A stretch of 64,000 bases of DNA from Trueperaceae bacterium (GTDB lineage: Bacteria; Deinococcota; Deinococci; Deinococcales; Trueperaceae): positions 5,368-69,367 of the forward strand of contig JAABRX010000001.1 of assembly GCA_011390675.1 (NCBI GenBank), in the 5' to 3' direction. The translations under genes and the position numbers were made by a program. Below, in pieces: positions 34,734 through 45,635 of this stretch. Position 1 is the first letter of the stretch; each line of letters begins with the position of its first letter. The notes under the pieces are model-generated. The model searched no databases. It had not been told where the DNA came from and worked only from the letters and a program-made list of their open reading frames with translations.

Positions 34734-35059
34734 GCCGCATCGACATGGGTTCGTACGTCGAGGTCGACGTCGGCGAGCTCCACGGCGACGACGACCCGGA
34801 CAAGGTCGTCCTGGACGTGCGCGAGCCGATGGAGACCGCCCAAGGGACGGTGGAGGGGGCGCTCTGCGTCCCGCTCGGCCGGCTGGACGAGGCGATGGCG
34901 CAGATCGACGACGACGCCAACCTCTACATCGTGTGCCGCTCGGGAAGCCGTTCGGCGTACGCCTCCGAGGTCCTGTCGTCGGCCGGCAAGCGCGACGTCA
35001 AGAACGTCGCCGGGGGCCTGATGGCCTGGGTGTCGAAGGGATACCCGCTGGCGCGCTGA
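34730..35059 (+). CDS. Single-domain rhodanese sulfurtransferase
   Basis: Motifs LDVREPME and VCRSGSRS. ATGA overlap with the preceding rhodanese. Confidence 0.8.
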   Translation: MSRIDMGSYVEVDVGELHGDDDPDKVVLDVREPMETAQGTVEGALCVPLGRLDEAMAQIDDDANLYIVCRSGSRSAYASEVLSSAGKRDVKNVAGGLMAWVSKGYPLAR

Positions 35060-35210
35060 CCGCCGGCCCGGTGGATGTACAAGGTTTGACAATGGTGTGT
35101 CTAACTACGGTCGCGCCTCGAAGCCTGGGGAACACTCCAGTCATCGAGGCGCGATCATCCGGACGGGGGCTGCCCGCCGCCGGGCGGGCCTCGGGGAAAC
35201 GAGGAGCACC

Positions 35211-36128
35211 ATGCGCCAGAAGAACTTGTTCCGAGCCCTCTTGACGTTCGCCCTCGCGGGTACGCTCGCGGCGTGCGGCATGACGACGCCGGCCGATCGC
35301 GGCTCGATCGCCGAGATCGCCGCCGAGAACGGCAACTTCACCATCCTGCTCGCCGCGCTGACCCAGGAGAACCTGGCGTCGACCTTCGCGGACGACGAGG
35401 CGGGCCCCTTCACCGTGTTCGCGCCGACCGACGACGCGTTCGCAGCGTTGATCGAAGAGCTCGGCACCACCGCCGAAGGCCTGCTCGCGCGGGACGACCT
35501 CGCCGACATCCTCCAGTACCACGTGACCGAGGGCAGCGTGCTCTTCAGCACGGCCGCCGGCCTCGAGGTCATCCCGACGCTCAACGGCATGCCGATCGCG
35601 CAAGACGGCGGCGTCCTCGACGACCGCGCCACCATCGTGAGCGCGGACATCGTGGCCAGCAACGGCGTCATCCACGTCATCGACCAGGTGCTGCTGCCGA
35701 CCAAGACGATCGCCGACATCGCGGTCGCCGACAGCCGCTTCTCGACGCTCGTCGCCGCGCTGACCGAGGCCGACCTGGTCGGCGCCGTCGCCGACGAGAA
35801 CGCTTCGCTGACCGTGTTCGCCCCGACCAACGACGCGTTCGGCGCGGCGCTCGAGGCGCTCGACCTGACCGCGGCGGAGCTCCTGGCGAGCCCCGACCTC
35901 GCCGACATCCTCCTGTACCACGTGGTTCCGGGCACCTTCCTCGCGGCCGACGTCATCGCGGCGTCGCCGTTCGACGCCCCCACGCTTCAAGGTTCGACCA
36001 TCGGCGTCGAGATCGTCGACGGCGGCGTCGTCCTCAACGGCAGCGTCAACGTGATCATCACGGACGTCAAGGCCGTCAACGGCGTCATCCACGCGATCGA
36101 TTTCGTCCTGCTTCCGCCGGCCGAGTAA
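35211..36128 (+). CDS. Lipoprotein with two fasciclin (FAS1) domains
   Basis: GAGGAG SD. Lipobox LAAC. Duplicated motifs FTVFAPTDDAF/LTVFAPTNDAF and NGVIHVIDQVLLP/NGVIHAIDFVLLP. Confidence 0.85.
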   Translation: MRQKNLFRALLTFALAGTLAACGMTTPADRGSIAEIAAENGNFTILLAALTQENLASTFADDEAGPFTVFAPTDDAFAALIEELGTTAEGLLARDDLADILQYHVTEGSVLFSTAAGLEVIPTLNGMPIAQDGGVLDDRATIVSADIVASNGVIHVIDQVLLPTKTIADIAVADSRFSTLVAALTEADLVGAVADENASLTVFAPTNDAFGAALEALDLTAAELLASPDLADILLYHVVPGTFLAADVIAASPFDAPTLQGSTIGVEIVDGGVVLNGSVNVIITDVKAVNGVIHAIDFVLLPPAE

Positions 36129-36155
36129 GCAACCGGCACGCTCGATCGATCGAAC

Positions 36156-36181
36156 GGGCCCCGCGGCATGCCGCGGGGCCC
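36156..36181. terminator. Perfect 26-nt palindrome GGGCCCCGCGGCATGCCGCGGGGCCC between convergent genes (bidirectional terminator candidate)
   Basis: 11-bp GC stem with a 4-nt loop, followed by gttgttcgtg on the + strand. Confidence 0.6.
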
Positions 36182-36218
36182 GTTGTTCGTGTGGAACGGC
36201 GCGCACGCCGTGGACGGA

Positions 36219-37040
36219 TCAGCCTTTGACCGACCCCGCCAGCAGCCCCTTGACGAAGTAGCGCCCGAGCAGGATGTAGACGAGCAGCGTCGGCAGCGCC
36301 GCGAGGATCGCGCCCGCCATCGGCAGGTTCCAGCGCACCGCTTCGCCACCAGCGAGCTGGGCGAGCGCGACCGTGATCGGCTGGCTCGATTGGCTGGTGA
36401 GCGTGACCGCGAACAGGAACTCGTTCCAGATCTGGGTGAACTGCCAGATGATCACCACTACGAACCCCGGCAGCGACAGCGGGAAGACGATGCGGCCGTA
36501 GAGACCGAAGAAGCCGGCGCCGTCGATCTTGCCGGCCTCGAGCATCTCGTCGGGGATCTCGGCGTAGTAGTTGCGGAAGATCAGGGTGGTGATCGGCAGC
36601 CCGTAGACCACGTGCGCCAGGATCAGACCCGTCAACCCGCCGTACAGACCGACCGAGCGCAGGAAGTCGAACAGCGGGATCAGGATCGCCTGGTACGGGA
36701 TGAACATCCCGAAGAGCATCAGCGGGAAGATCACGTTGGCGCCCGGGAAGCGCCACTTGGCCAGGACGTAGCCGTTCATCGAACCGAGCAGCGCCGACAG
36801 GAAGGTCGCGACCAGCGTCAGCGTGAAGCTGTTCGCCAGCTTGGGCGCGAACGCCGCCCAGGCGTCGACGAACGATTGCCAGTACCAGACCTCGGGCAGC
36901 GACCACGTGGTCGGTAGGTTGATCGCCGCCGGCGACTTGAGGCTCGTCACCACCACCAGGTAGACCGGCAGCAGGAAGAGCGCGCTGGCGATCGCCAGCA
37001 GGACGTAGATCAGCCAGCGGTGGCGGCGCCAGGCGATCAT
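36219..37040 (-). CDS. Carbohydrate ABC transporter permease (MalG-like)
   Basis: C-terminal 273 aa of track ORF 36219..38057. EAA-type loop [26 protein letters not shown] overlap with the upstream permease. Confidence 0.85.
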   Translation of the reverse strand: MIAWRRHRWLIYVLLAIASALFLLPVYLVVVTSLKSPAAINLPTTWSLPEVWYWQSFVDAWAAFAPKLANSFTLTLVATFLSALLGSMNGYVLAKWRFPGANVIFPLMLFGMFIPYQAILIPLFDFLRSVGLYGGLTGLILAHVVYGLPITTLIFRNYYAEIPDEMLEAGKIDGAGFFGLYGRIVFPLSLPGFVVVIIWQFTQIWNEFLFAVTLTSQSSQPITVALAQLAGGEAVRWNLPMAGAILAALPTLLVYILLGRYFVKGLLAGSVKG

Positions 37041-38155
37041 CGCTTGGTCTCCCCGCGCAAGCTCGTCCACAGGTAGGGAACGATCACCGCGGCGACCAAC
37101 ACCAGCAGCACCATCGCGATCGCCGCGCCCTTGCTGAACTGGTTGGCGCGGAAGGCGGTGAGGTACATCAGCAGCGCCGGCACGTCGGTGGTGGCGTTGT
37201 CGGCGCCGGCCATCGCGAAGATCAGGTCGAAGATCTTGAGGCTGATGTGGCCGAGGATGATCATCGCCGAGAGCGTGATCGGCTGCAGCAGCGGCAGGAT
37301 GACGTGGCGGTAGAGCTGCACCTCGTTCGCGCCGTCGACGCGGGCGGCCTCGCGCAGCTCGCCCGGGATGCCGCGCAGGCCGGCGAGGTAGAGCGCCATC
37401 GTGTAGCCCGACATCTGCCAGACGGCCGCCATGATGATGCCGATGAACGCCAGGTTGAAGCCGTGCAACTCGGGGTAGGGGAGCAGCGCCACGTCGCGCG
37501 CCCACGTGAGCGACCAGAGGCCGACGGTGGCCGCCGAGAGGAGCGCCACGCCCGCGCGGGTGCGGCGCTTGTCGCGCCACGCGGCGATCGCCACCCAGGC
37601 CAGCACCACCGCGACGAGCAGCCCGGTCATGCTCGGCAGGGCGTTCCAATCGAAGCGCCAGATCTGCGTGCGGTCGGTGAGCCAGCGGAACTCGAGCGGC
37701 TCGAGCCCGACGGTCGTGGGCAACACGTTGAGGCCGCCGCGGGGTTGGAGCATCCAGCGCCACACGGTGCCGGTGACGACGAACGAGAGCGACATCGGGA
37801 AGAGGAACAGGGTGCGGAAGAAGCCCTCGCCGGCCACGTCCTGGTCGAGGAGGAAGGCGAGCGCCAGGCCGATGCCCAGGCAGCCGGCGAGGAAGAAGAT
37901 AGTGAAGAAGAAGGTGTTGACCAGGTCTTGCCGGAAGCGCACGTCGATGAAGCCAGTGAACAGGTCGCGGTAGTTCTGCCAGCCGACGTACTGGATCACG
38001 GGGTCGACCGCGAGCGCCTGGGCTGGGACGCGGCCCCAGTCGGTGAGCGAGGTCCACGCGGTCTGGCCGATGAACCCGTACACGAAGACGCCGAGCAGCA
38101 CGACGCTCGGCAACAGCATCAAGATCGCGGTCCAGCGGTCGCGCGTCATCTTCAT
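37037..38155 (-). CDS. Carbohydrate ABC transporter permease (MalF-like)
   Basis: ATG 38155 with a GAGG SD inside ORF 37037..38194. Loop [22 protein letters not shown]. Confidence 0.85.
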   Translation of the reverse strand: MKMTRDRWTAILMLLPSVVLLGVFVYGFIGQTAWTSLTDWGRVPAQALAVDPVIQYVGWQNYRDLFTGFIDVRFRQDLVNTFFFTIFFLAGCLGIGLALAFLLDQDVAGEGFFRTLFLFPMSLSFVVTGTVWRWMLQPRGGLNVLPTTVGLEPLEFRWLTDRTQIWRFDWNALPSMTGLLVAVVLAWVAIAAWRDKRRTRAGVALLSAATVGLWSLTWARDVALLPYPELHGFNLAFIGIIMAAVWQMSGYTMALYLAGLRGIPGELREAARVDGANEVQLYRHVILPLLQPITLSAMIILGHISLKIFDLIFAMAGADNATTDVPALLMYLTAFRANQFSKGAAIAMVLLVLVAAVIVPYLWTSLRGETKR

Positions 38156-38279
38156 GAATGGACCTCGTCGGCGTGGCCGGTTCGAACGGGACATGGCGCG
38201 CCGCGATCGGCGGTCGCGCGGGGAAGGGGACGCGCAGGACCCCGAGGAAGGGTCCTGCGCGTGGGACGAGCCGGGACGC

Positions 38280-39512
38280 TTACTGGCCCAAGCTCACCTG
38301 GGTGGCGATCGCCTGCGCGGCGTTGGCGGCGTTCATCGCGCTGCCGGTCGCGAGGTAGATCTCCATGACGGTGGCGAAGTCGCTCATGAACGCTTCCTTG
38401 GCGGCCGCCCCGTGGACGAGGCTGCCGACGACGCGGTTCGACGTCCAGTCGGACGCGGTGTCCTGCAGGTAGGCGTTGTAGAGGTCGAGGTCGGACTCGA
38501 GGTGCGGCGCGATCGAACCCTTGAGCGGGTTGAAGATGTCCTGCCCCTCGGCGGAGCCGACGAGGCGCAGCCAGTCGAGCGTGTTCTCGCGGTTGGAGAT
38601 GCCCTGGGGAAGCCCGAACGCGTCGGACAGCATCATGAAGACGCCGTCGGTACCGGGGCTCGCGGCCCAGCCGAAGCCCTCGCCCGGCTCGAGGCCGAGG
38701 GTGGTGACCATGTAGCCGGCCGCCCAGTCGCCCATGATGTTGAACGCGGCGGTGCCGCCCACGACCATGTCGGTCGCCTGCTGCCAGGAGAGGCCGGCGG
38801 CGTCGTCGTTCGTGCACTCGAGCACCTGGCCGAAGACGTCCCAGACCTCCATGGCCTTGGGATCGGTGAACGCGAGTTCGCCCGTCCACAGCGCTTCGTA
38901 GTCGTCGGCACCCAGGACGCCCAAGGCGACCGATTCCCACAGATGCTGCTGGGTCCAGTTCTCACCCAGGGCCAGCGGGGTCACGCCGGCGGCGCGGATC
39001 GTGGGGCACATGCTCAGGAAGGCGTCCCACGTGGCGGGCGCTTCGATGCCCCACTCGGTGAGGTTGGCCGGCACGTACCACATCACGTTCGAGCGGTGGA
39101 TGTTGACGGGGACGCTCCAGATGCCGTCCTCGGTGCTCATCAGGTCGATGAGTCCCTGCGGGTACTGGTCGAACCAGCCCTGCTCTTCGTAGAGGAAGGT
39201 GAGGTCTTCCATGCGGTCGGCGACCACCCAGGTGCCGATCAGTTCTTGGCCGGCGTGCACCTGGAAGGCGTCGGGCGGATCGCCGCCGAGCATGCGGGTC
39301 TTGAGGACCGCGCGCGCGTTGACGCCCGAGCCGCCGGTGACGGTGGCGTTGACGACCTCGACGCCCGGGTGGTCGGCCTGGTACTGGGCGATGAGCGCTT
39401 CGAGGGCGGGGCCCTCGTCGCCGGCCCACCAGGAGAAGATCTCGATCTGGCCCTGCGCGGCGGCAGCGGTGAACAGCGTGAAGAAGGAAGCGAGCAACCA
39501 CTTGCGGAGCAT
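38280..39512 (-). CDS. Carbohydrate ABC transporter substrate-binding protein (family 1)
   Basis: Internal ATG 39512 of ORF 38280..39617. Signal peptide ends [22 protein letters not shown] start typical of CUT1 SBPs. Confidence 0.85.
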   Translation of the reverse strand: MLRKWLLASFFTLFTAAAAQGQIEIFSWWAGDEGPALEALIAQYQADHPGVEVVNATVTGGSGVNARAVLKTRMLGGDPPDAFQVHAGQELIGTWVVADRMEDLTFLYEEQGWFDQYPQGLIDLMSTEDGIWSVPVNIHRSNVMWYVPANLTEWGIEAPATWDAFLSMCPTIRAAGVTPLALGENWTQQHLWESVALGVLGADDYEALWTGELAFTDPKAMEVWDVFGQVLECTNDDAAGLSWQQATDMVVGGTAAFNIMGDWAAGYMVTTLGLEPGEGFGWAASPGTDGVFMMLSDAFGLPQGISNRENTLDWLRLVGSAEGQDIFNPLKGSIAPHLESDLDLYNAYLQDTASDWTSNRVVGSLVHGAAAKEAFMSDFATVMEIYLATGSAMNAANAAQAIATQVSLGQ

Positions 39513-39811
39513 TCGGCACCTCGGTGAAGCCAATGAGCTACGAACGGGCCAGCGCGCGGGGCGCGCCGGTTCGGCAGGGTCTGCGGTGCACACCTCCCCT
39601 CCGCCCCGAAGGGGCAAGGGAACGAGAACGACGGTCGCTCCATCTTAGCGCTGCGCCAGGGCGCCGCGTCCCGAGCGTCACGGTCGCGTGCCTGACGTGG
39701 TTCTCATCCCGAACGGGTACGATTGGAGCGTTCGAGGCGCCGCCCGACCCCGTGCCGAGCGGAACGTCCAAGGCCCTCTCGACGAATTCACGCCAGGAGG
39801 ACCGTACCGAC

Positions 39812-40477
39812 ATGATTGGCATCTTCATCCTCACCCTCGTGCTCACCATGGGCGTCCAGCTGTGGCTCCGCAACACGTACGGCAAGTGGGAGCGGGTCGC
39901 GAACGCGTCCGGCCTCACCGGCGCCGACACGGCGCGCGCCATCCTGCGCGCCAACGGGCTCGACGACGTCCAGGTCGAAGCCGTCAAGGGGCAGCTCACC
40001 GACCACTACGATCCGCGCACCCGCACCGTGCGCCTCTCCGAGAAGCACTTCCGCGTCCCGAGCGTCGCCGGCGCCGCCGTCGCCGCGCACGAAGTGGGGC
40101 ATGCGCTCCAGCACGCCAAGTCCTACGCGCCGCTGCAGTGGCGCGCCAGCCTCGTCCCGGTGGCGAGCATCGGTTCGCAGTTCGGCCCGTGGATCGTCAT
40201 CGGTGGTTTCATGCTCGGCATGGCCGGCATGATCCAGGTGGGCATCGCCCTCTTCGCTGCCGCCGTCCTCTTCCAGCTCGTGACCCTGCCGGTCGAGTTC
40301 GATGCCAGCAAGCGCGCGGTCGCCGAGATGGACCGGCTCGGCTTGGCCACCGCCGCCGACGTCGGCGGCTCGAAGGCCGTTCTGAACGCCGCCGCCATGA
40401 CCTACGTGGCCGCCGCGGCGGCCTCGGTGATGTACCTGTTCTACTACGTCATGATGTTCGCGGGCGGTCGCGACTGA
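39812..40477 (+). CDS. Membrane zinc metallopeptidase (YpfJ/Zn_peptidase_2-like)
   Basis: AGGAGG SD. HExxH motif AAHEVGHALQH. N- and C-terminal TM helices. Confidence 0.8.
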   Translation: MIGIFILTLVLTMGVQLWLRNTYGKWERVANASGLTGADTARAILRANGLDDVQVEAVKGQLTDHYDPRTRTVRLSEKHFRVPSVAGAAVAAHEVGHALQHAKSYAPLQWRASLVPVASIGSQFGPWIVIGGFMLGMAGMIQVGIALFAAAVLFQLVTLPVEFDASKRAVAEMDRLGLATAADVGGSKAVLNAAAMTYVAAAAASVMYLFYYVMMFAGGRD

Positions 40478-40506
40478 CGGATCGCGACGCTCCACCAGCG
40501 CCGTTC

Positions 40507-40536
40507 AGGGGCGCCGACCAACCGGTCGGCGCCCCT
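40507..40536. terminator. 13-bp perfect GC-rich stem with a 4-nt loop between convergent genes
   Basis: AGGGGCGCCGACC-aacc-GGTCGGCGCCCCT, followed by tcgtcgttcc. Confidence 0.55.
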
Positions 40537-40556
40537 TCGTCGTTCCGTCGGGTCGT

Positions 40557-41279
40557 TCAGTCGGCAGCCCGCCGGTAGTGGGCGTTCACCGTCGCCCGCA
40601 CCCCCCACGCGGGGTGCGGCTCGCTGGCCGTGCCGCGGTCGTCGGGGCCGGTGCGGCGCTCGACGCGCTGGGTCGGCTGGGCGGGCACCAGACCGTGCGC
40701 GGCGAAGGCGGCGTCGAGCCCGTCCGGCTCGTGGAGCACCATCGGCGCCGCGTCGTCGCTACCGCCCCAGCCGACGAACGTGTGGGCCGTGCCGGAGACG
40801 GGCGTGAGCTCGCGGCCACCGGGGCGCGAGGACGGCGCGAAGTGGGCGACTAGGACGGCGCCGCCCGGCCGCAGGACGCGCGCCACGGTGGCGATCGCGG
40901 CGTCGAACGCCGCCTCGCTCCCTGCGTGTTGGAGGACCCCCAGAGCGAGCACCAGGTCGAAGGCCGCGTGGGGGAGGTCGGCCAGCCCGTCCACGCGGTC
41001 GTGGCGCACCCGCCGCTCCGCCTCCGCGGCACCGAGCAACGGAACGAGCCGCGCGCGCGTCGCCGCGACCATGGCGGCGCTGGCGTCGACGGCCAGGACG
41101 TCGACGTCGAGAGCGGTCAGGTAGTCGGCGTTGCGGCCGCCGGCGCAGCCGAGATCGAGGACGCGCGCCCCGCAGGGGAGGGCGCCGGACTCGACGAGCG
41201 CCACCAAGCGGTGGTCGGGCGGGCGATCGCGGAAGAAGGCGACGGTGTCGGGGTCGTCCCACGAGGGCATGCGCCCCAT
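40557..41279 (-). CDS. Class I SAM-dependent methyltransferase
   Basis: Motif I VLDLGCAGGRN. Also DLVLALGVLQH and LRPGG. Start ambiguous (41279 or 41270). Confidence 0.75.
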   Translation of the reverse strand: MGRMPSWDDPDTVAFFRDRPPDHRLVALVESGALPCGARVLDLGCAGGRNADYLTALDVDVLAVDASAAMVAATRARLVPLLGAAEAERRVRHDRVDGLADLPHAAFDLVLALGVLQHAGSEAAFDAAIATVARVLRPGGAVLVAHFAPSSRPGGRELTPVSGTAHTFVGWGGSDDAAPMVLHEPDGLDAAFAAHGLVPAQPTQRVERRTGPDDRGTASEPHPAWGVRATVNAHYRRAAD

Positions 41280-41300
41280 GGTCGCACGCGCACGCCGACG

Positions 41301-41306
41301 TAGAGT
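41301..41306 (+). promoter_or_regulatory. -10-like TAGAGT, 8 nt upstream of the GGDEF-EAL ATG
   Basis: TAGAGT-gaaggtcc-ATG read directly. Confidence 0.3.
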
Positions 41307-41314
41307 GAAGGTCC

Positions 41315-44300
41315 ATGAGCGCTGCGCGCTTTCCATCGCGTGACCCCGACGCGGATCCTCTCGATCTGCGGGCCTGGATCGATCGCTTGCCGGTCGGCGC
41401 GGTGTGGACCGACGGTACGCGCCTGGTCGCCAACGCCCGGATCGAGGCCCTGATCGGCCGGCCGCGCGAGCGCGTGGCCACCTTGGACGACTGGTTCCGC
41501 GAGGTCTACGGCGACGAGGCCGAGCGGTACCGGGCGGACTACGAGGCCGATCGAGCGAAGGGTTTTCCGTTCCCCGTCCGGTCGCCGATCCGCCGGCCCG
41601 ACGGCGACGAGCGCGTCCTGGAGTACCGTTGCATCACCGACGAGGTGGGCGAGGTCTGGCTGATCGACGACCGCACCGCCGAGGTGGTCGCAGGCACGCT
41701 CGCGCGCACCCTGGACGGCGTGCTGCGGAAGGTGAGCGACCACGTGCCGGGCGTGCTCTACCAGTTCCTCGCGCGGCCCGACGGCACCTACGCGTTCCCG
41801 TTCGCGACCCAGGGCATCCGCGAGGTGTACGGCGTCGAGCCCGACGACGTGCTTGAGGACGCGAGCGCCGCGTTCGAGGCGCTCCATCCCGACGACCGGG
41901 CGCGCGTCGAGGCGACCATCGAGCGCTCGCGCGCCACGCTGTCCGTTTGGCGCGAGACGTACCGCGTGCGCCACCCGGAGCGCGGCGAGCGCTGGCTCCA
42001 CGGGGAAGCGACCCCTGAGGCACTCCCGGACGGCACGGTCTTGTGGCACGGATACATCAGCGACGTGACCGAGCTGCGTCAGGCGCAGGAGGCGCTCGTC
42101 GCGTCCGAGGCGTACCTTCAGGACGTCTTCGCCGCGACCGAGGCGGCCATGTTCGTGGTCGACGTCGAGCCCGACGGGACGTTCCGCTACGTAGGATCGA
42201 ACACCGCGCACGTGCGCGCGTCCGGGATCCCCACGGAGACCTTGGCCGGGTCCACGCCCTACGACGTGGTACCGCCCGACGCTGCCGAAGCGGTGGTGGC
42301 CCGGTACCGAGCCTGTGCGGACGCCGGGGAGCCCGTGACCTACCAGGAGGAGCTGCCGCTACCGGCGCCCGGCACGTGGTTCCGCACCAGCCTCGTCCCC
42401 GAGCGCGACGCCACCGGTCGTGTCCACCGGATCGTGGGCAGCGGCTTCGACATCACGGCCTCACGAAGCGCCGAGCTCGCCGTGCGCGAACGCGACGCGC
42501 TGCTGGAGCGCGCGCAGCGCGTCGGCCGGTTGGGGACCTGGGCCTACGACCCCGTCGATGGGGCCGCGAGTTGGTCGCCGGCGGTCGAGGAGTTGGTCGG
42601 GCCCCTTGGGGTCCTCGGCGTCGTCGATACGTTGCGCGAGCGGGTGGTCGAGGAAGACCGGGGCAGGGTCGAGACTGCGTGGGCCGAGGGGCTCGCCAAC
42701 GGCCGCTTCGACGTCACCTTCCGCGTGCGCACCGCCGACCATCCGCGCTACGTGCGGCTCGTCGGTGAGCGCGAGCGGACGGACGAGCCCGAGGCTCGGT
42801 TCGTCGGCACGCTGCAAGACGTCGACGAGGCGACCCGCCGCGAAGCGGAGGTGGCCCGCCTCGCGATGATCGTCGAGCAAGCGCCCAGCATCGTGATCTT
42901 GACGGGCCCGGACGGCACCATCGAGTACGTCAACCGGCGCTTCGAGGAGGCGACCGGCCATCGTGCCGACGACGTCGTCGACCGCCCGCTGGCGATGCTT
43001 GCGAGCAACGACGTGGACGCCGAGCGGCAGCTCCAGGCGATGTGGCCCGTGATCCTGGCTGGCGGCTCGTGGTCGGGGCGGCTCGAGCGTCGGCGCGCGG
43101 ACGGCAGCTGGTACCAAGAGCGCGCGACCTTCAGCCCGCTGTTCGATGCGGCGGGTCGCGTGAACCACGTGCTCAAGCTCTCCGAGGACGTCACCGAGCA
43201 GCAGCGCCTCGCCGACCGGGTCGAATACCTGTCGTCCTACGACCCGCTGACCGGCCTCGCGAACCGGGGGTTGCTCGAGGACCGCCTCGATGCAGCGATC
43301 GTCGCTGCCAAGCGCCACGGCGACCACGTGGCGGTGCTCCTGCTCGACCTCGACGCGTTCAAGACGGTCAACGACGGCTTGGGGCACCGCGCCGGCGACG
43401 CCTTGCTCGCCGAGGTCGCGACGCGCTTGCGCGTGCACGTGCGGGCGGACGACCTGGTCGCCCGCTTCGGTGGCGACGAGTTCGTCGTCTTGCTCGACCG
43501 GGTGAGCCGTCTCGACGACCTCGCGCCGGTGGTCGCGAAGCTGCGCGCGGGGCTCGAGGCGCCCTTGGAGGTGGACGGGCACCGCTTGTCGGCGTCGGCG
43601 TGCGTCGGCGTGGCGGTGTTCCCCGAGGACGCCGAGAGCGGCGAGGTGCTCCTGCGCTACGCCGACGCGGCGATGGAGCGCGCCAAGGAGCGCGGGCCCG
43701 GCAGCGTCGCGTACTACACCGATGCCCTGAGCTCCCGGCTCGAGGAGCGCGTGCGGCTCGAGGCCGCCATGCGGCTCGGGTTCGCGGCCGGCGAGTTCCG
43801 GCTCGTGTACCAGCCGCGCGTCGACATGGCCAGCCGCCGCGTGGTCAGCCTCGAGGCGCTGGCTCGCTGGCGCTCGCCGACGTTCGGCGACGTGCCGCCG
43901 GGCCGGTTCGTCGCGGTGGCCGAGTCCAGCGGCTTCATCCACGAGTTCGGCGCCTGGGTCACCCGCACCGCGGCCGCCCAGCTCGCCGCCTTCCGCGAGG
44001 CCGGACTCCCGATCGTGCCGATCGCGGTCAACCTCTCCGTGCGCCAGTTCCTCCGCGACGACGTCGTCGAGGTGGTCCAGCGCGCGCTCGAGGACGTCGA
44101 CGTGCCGCCCGGACTGTTCGAGGTGGAGATCACCGAGAGCACCGCCATGACCGACGTTGCCGACACGGTCGCCAAACTGCGCGCCTTCGAACGCCTTGGG
44201 GTGGCGGTGAGCATCGACGACTTCGGGACGTACCACTCGTCGCTCGGACGCCTCAAGCGCTTGGCCGTCAAGAGCATCAAGATCGATCGTGGCTTCGTCA

Positions 44301-44539
44301 TGGACCTGGGCGACGACCCGAGCGCAGCCCCGCACGATGCGGCGATCGTGCGCGCGATGATCGGGATCGGCGAGGCGCTGGGGCTCGAAGTGATCGCCGA
44401 GGGCGTCGAGACCGAGGCGCAGCGCGACTTCTTGTTGCGCAACGGGTGCCGGTTGGCGCAGGGCTTCCTGTTCGCGCGACCGGGCGAGGTCGAGCAGGTC
44501 GCGCAGTGGCTTCGCGCCGGGCGTCTGCCCGCTTCCTGA
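41315..44539 (+). CDS. Multi-PAS GGDEF-EAL protein (diguanylate cyclase/phosphodiesterase)
   Basis: 1074 aa with several PAS/PAC modules. I-site RADD five residues before GGDEF. EAL motifs (SLEALARW, EITES, DDFGTYHSS, KIDRGF, EGVETE, QGFLF). Confidence 0.9.
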   Translation: MSAARFPSRDPDADPLDLRAWIDRLPVGAVWTDGTRLVANARIEALIGRPRERVATLDDWFREVYGDEAERYRADYEADRAKGFPFPVRSPIRRPDGDERVLEYRCITDEVGEVWLIDDRTAEVVAGTLARTLDGVLRKVSDHVPGVLYQFLARPDGTYAFPFATQGIREVYGVEPDDVLEDASAAFEALHPDDRARVEATIERSRATLSVWRETYRVRHPERGERWLHGEATPEALPDGTVLWHGYISDVTELRQAQEALVASEAYLQDVFAATEAAMFVVDVEPDGTFRYVGSNTAHVRASGIPTETLAGSTPYDVVPPDAAEAVVARYRACADAGEPVTYQEELPLPAPGTWFRTSLVPERDATGRVHRIVGSGFDITASRSAELAVRERDALLERAQRVGRLGTWAYDPVDGAASWSPAVEELVGPLGVLGVVDTLRERVVEEDRGRVETAWAEGLANGRFDVTFRVRTADHPRYVRLVGERERTDEPEARFVGTLQDVDEATRREAEVARLAMIVEQAPSIVILTGPDGTIEYVNRRFEEATGHRADDVVDRPLAMLASNDVDAERQLQAMWPVILAGGSWSGRLERRRADGSWYQERATFSPLFDAAGRVNHVLKLSEDVTEQQRLADRVEYLSSYDPLTGLANRGLLEDRLDAAIVAAKRHGDHVAVLLLDLDAFKTVNDGLGHRAGDALLAEVATRLRVHVRADDLVARFGGDEFVVLLDRVSRLDDLAPVVAKLRAGLEAPLEVDGHRLSASACVGVAVFPEDAESGEVLLRYADAAMERAKERGPGSVAYYTDALSSRLEERVRLEAAMRLGFAAGEFRLVYQPRVDMASRRVVSLEALARWRSPTFGDVPPGRFVAVAESSGFIHEFGAWVTRTAAAQLAAFREAGLPIVPIAVNLSVRQFLRDDVVEVVQRALEDVDVPPGLFEVEITESTAMTDVADTVAKLRAFERLGVAVSIDDFGTYHSSLGRLKRLAVKSIKIDRGFVMDLGDDPSAAPHDAAIVRAMIGIGEALGLEVIAEGVETEAQRDFLLRNGCRLAQGFLFARPGEVEQVAQWLRAGRLPAS

Positions 44540-44549
44540 GGGCCGCGGT

Positions 44550-45635
44550 TCAGCGCCGCCGAGCGCGGCCAGCGAGCGACGGACCGAGGCCGACCGCCAG
44601 CAGCACCGCGGTCGGGACGCCGAGCGCCCAAGCGAGCGCGACCGGGTCCGGGGCGACGGCGCCCGCGGCGGCCAGGCGCACGAGCGTCGCCGTGTAGGCG
44701 GCGTACCCGACGAGGAGCACGACCCCTTCCCACCGCGCGATCCCGAGCCCGGACACGAAGATCGGCAGGCACACCACCGCGACCGCGAGCATCACCCAGG
44801 CATCGAAGGCTTGCACCGCGACCGGCACCGCCAGCCCTCCGGGCGTCGCCAGCGCCGCCACCCCCAGGATGCCGAGCAGGTTGAAGACGTTGCTGCCCAC
44901 CACGTTGCCGATCGCCAGGTCGCGCTGTCCGCGGAGCGTCGCCACCACCGACGTCGCGACCTCCGGCATCGAGGTGCCGGCGGCCACGATGGTGAGGCCG
45001 ACGATCAGGTCGCTGACGCCCAGCGCGGTGGCGATCCCGGTGGCGCCGCCCACCAGCCAGCGCGAGCCGACGACGAGCAGCAGGAGGCCGCCGGCGATCA
45101 GGCCGAGATCGAGGGCTAGGCGCGGCTTCGGCCGCTTCGCTTCGACGGCGCCGGCCGCGGGATCTCCGGGGGTCGCCGTCGTTTGGGGGCGGCGCCCGGC
45201 GTACAGCAACCATCCCAGATAGGCGACGAGGCCGGCCGCCAGCAGCGCCCCGTCGAGCGTGCCGACGCGGCCGTCGGAGGCGAGCACGACGACGAGCGCG
45301 CTCGCGCCGATCATCACCGGCACGTCGAGGCGCACCAGCTGGCGTGCGACCACCAGCGGTGCGATCACCGCGGTGAGCCCGAGGATGAACAGGACGTTGA
45401 AGACGTTGCTGCCGACGACGTTGCCTAGCGCCAAGCCGTCGAGGCCGGCGCGTCCGGCGCCGACGCTCACCGCGAGCTCCGGGGCGCTGGTGCCGAACGC
45501 GACGACCGTGAGCCCGACGACGAGCGGCGTGAGCCCCACGGCGAGCGCCAGCCGCGAGGCGCCGCGCACGAGCACCTCGGCGCCGCCGATCAACACGACC
45601 AGACCCAAGACCAAGCGCAGGGCGTCGAGGATCAC
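44550..45635 (-). CDS. CaCA-family cation/Ca2+ antiporter (YrbG-like)
   Basis: GTG 45635 inside ORF 44550..45911. Duplicated alpha-repeats GTSAPELAVS..GNVVGSNVFN and GTSMPEVATS..GNVVGSNVFN. Confidence 0.85.
   Translation of the reverse strand: MILDALRLVLGLVVLIGGAEVLVRGASRLALAVGLTPLVVGLTVVAFGTSAPELAVSVGAGRAGLDGLALGNVVGSNVFNVLFILGLTAVIAPLVVARQLVRLDVPVMIGASALVVVLASDGRVGTLDGALLAAGLVAYLGWLLYAGRRPQTTATPGDPAAGAVEAKRPKPRLALDLGLIAGGLLLLVVGSRWLVGGATGIATALGVSDLIVGLTIVAAGTSMPEVATSVVATLRGQRDLAIGNVVGSNVFNLLGILGVAALATPGGLAVPVAVQAFDAWVMLAVAVVCLPIFVSGLGIARWEGVVLLVGYAAYTATLVRLAAAGAVAPDPVALAWALGVPTAVLLAVGLGPSLAGRARRR

Noticed and set aside
35086-35107. TTGACA at 35086-35091 as the -35 of the fasciclin gene promoter.
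   Set aside because: No acceptable -10 lies 16-18 nt downstream. TAACTA is only 10 nt away.
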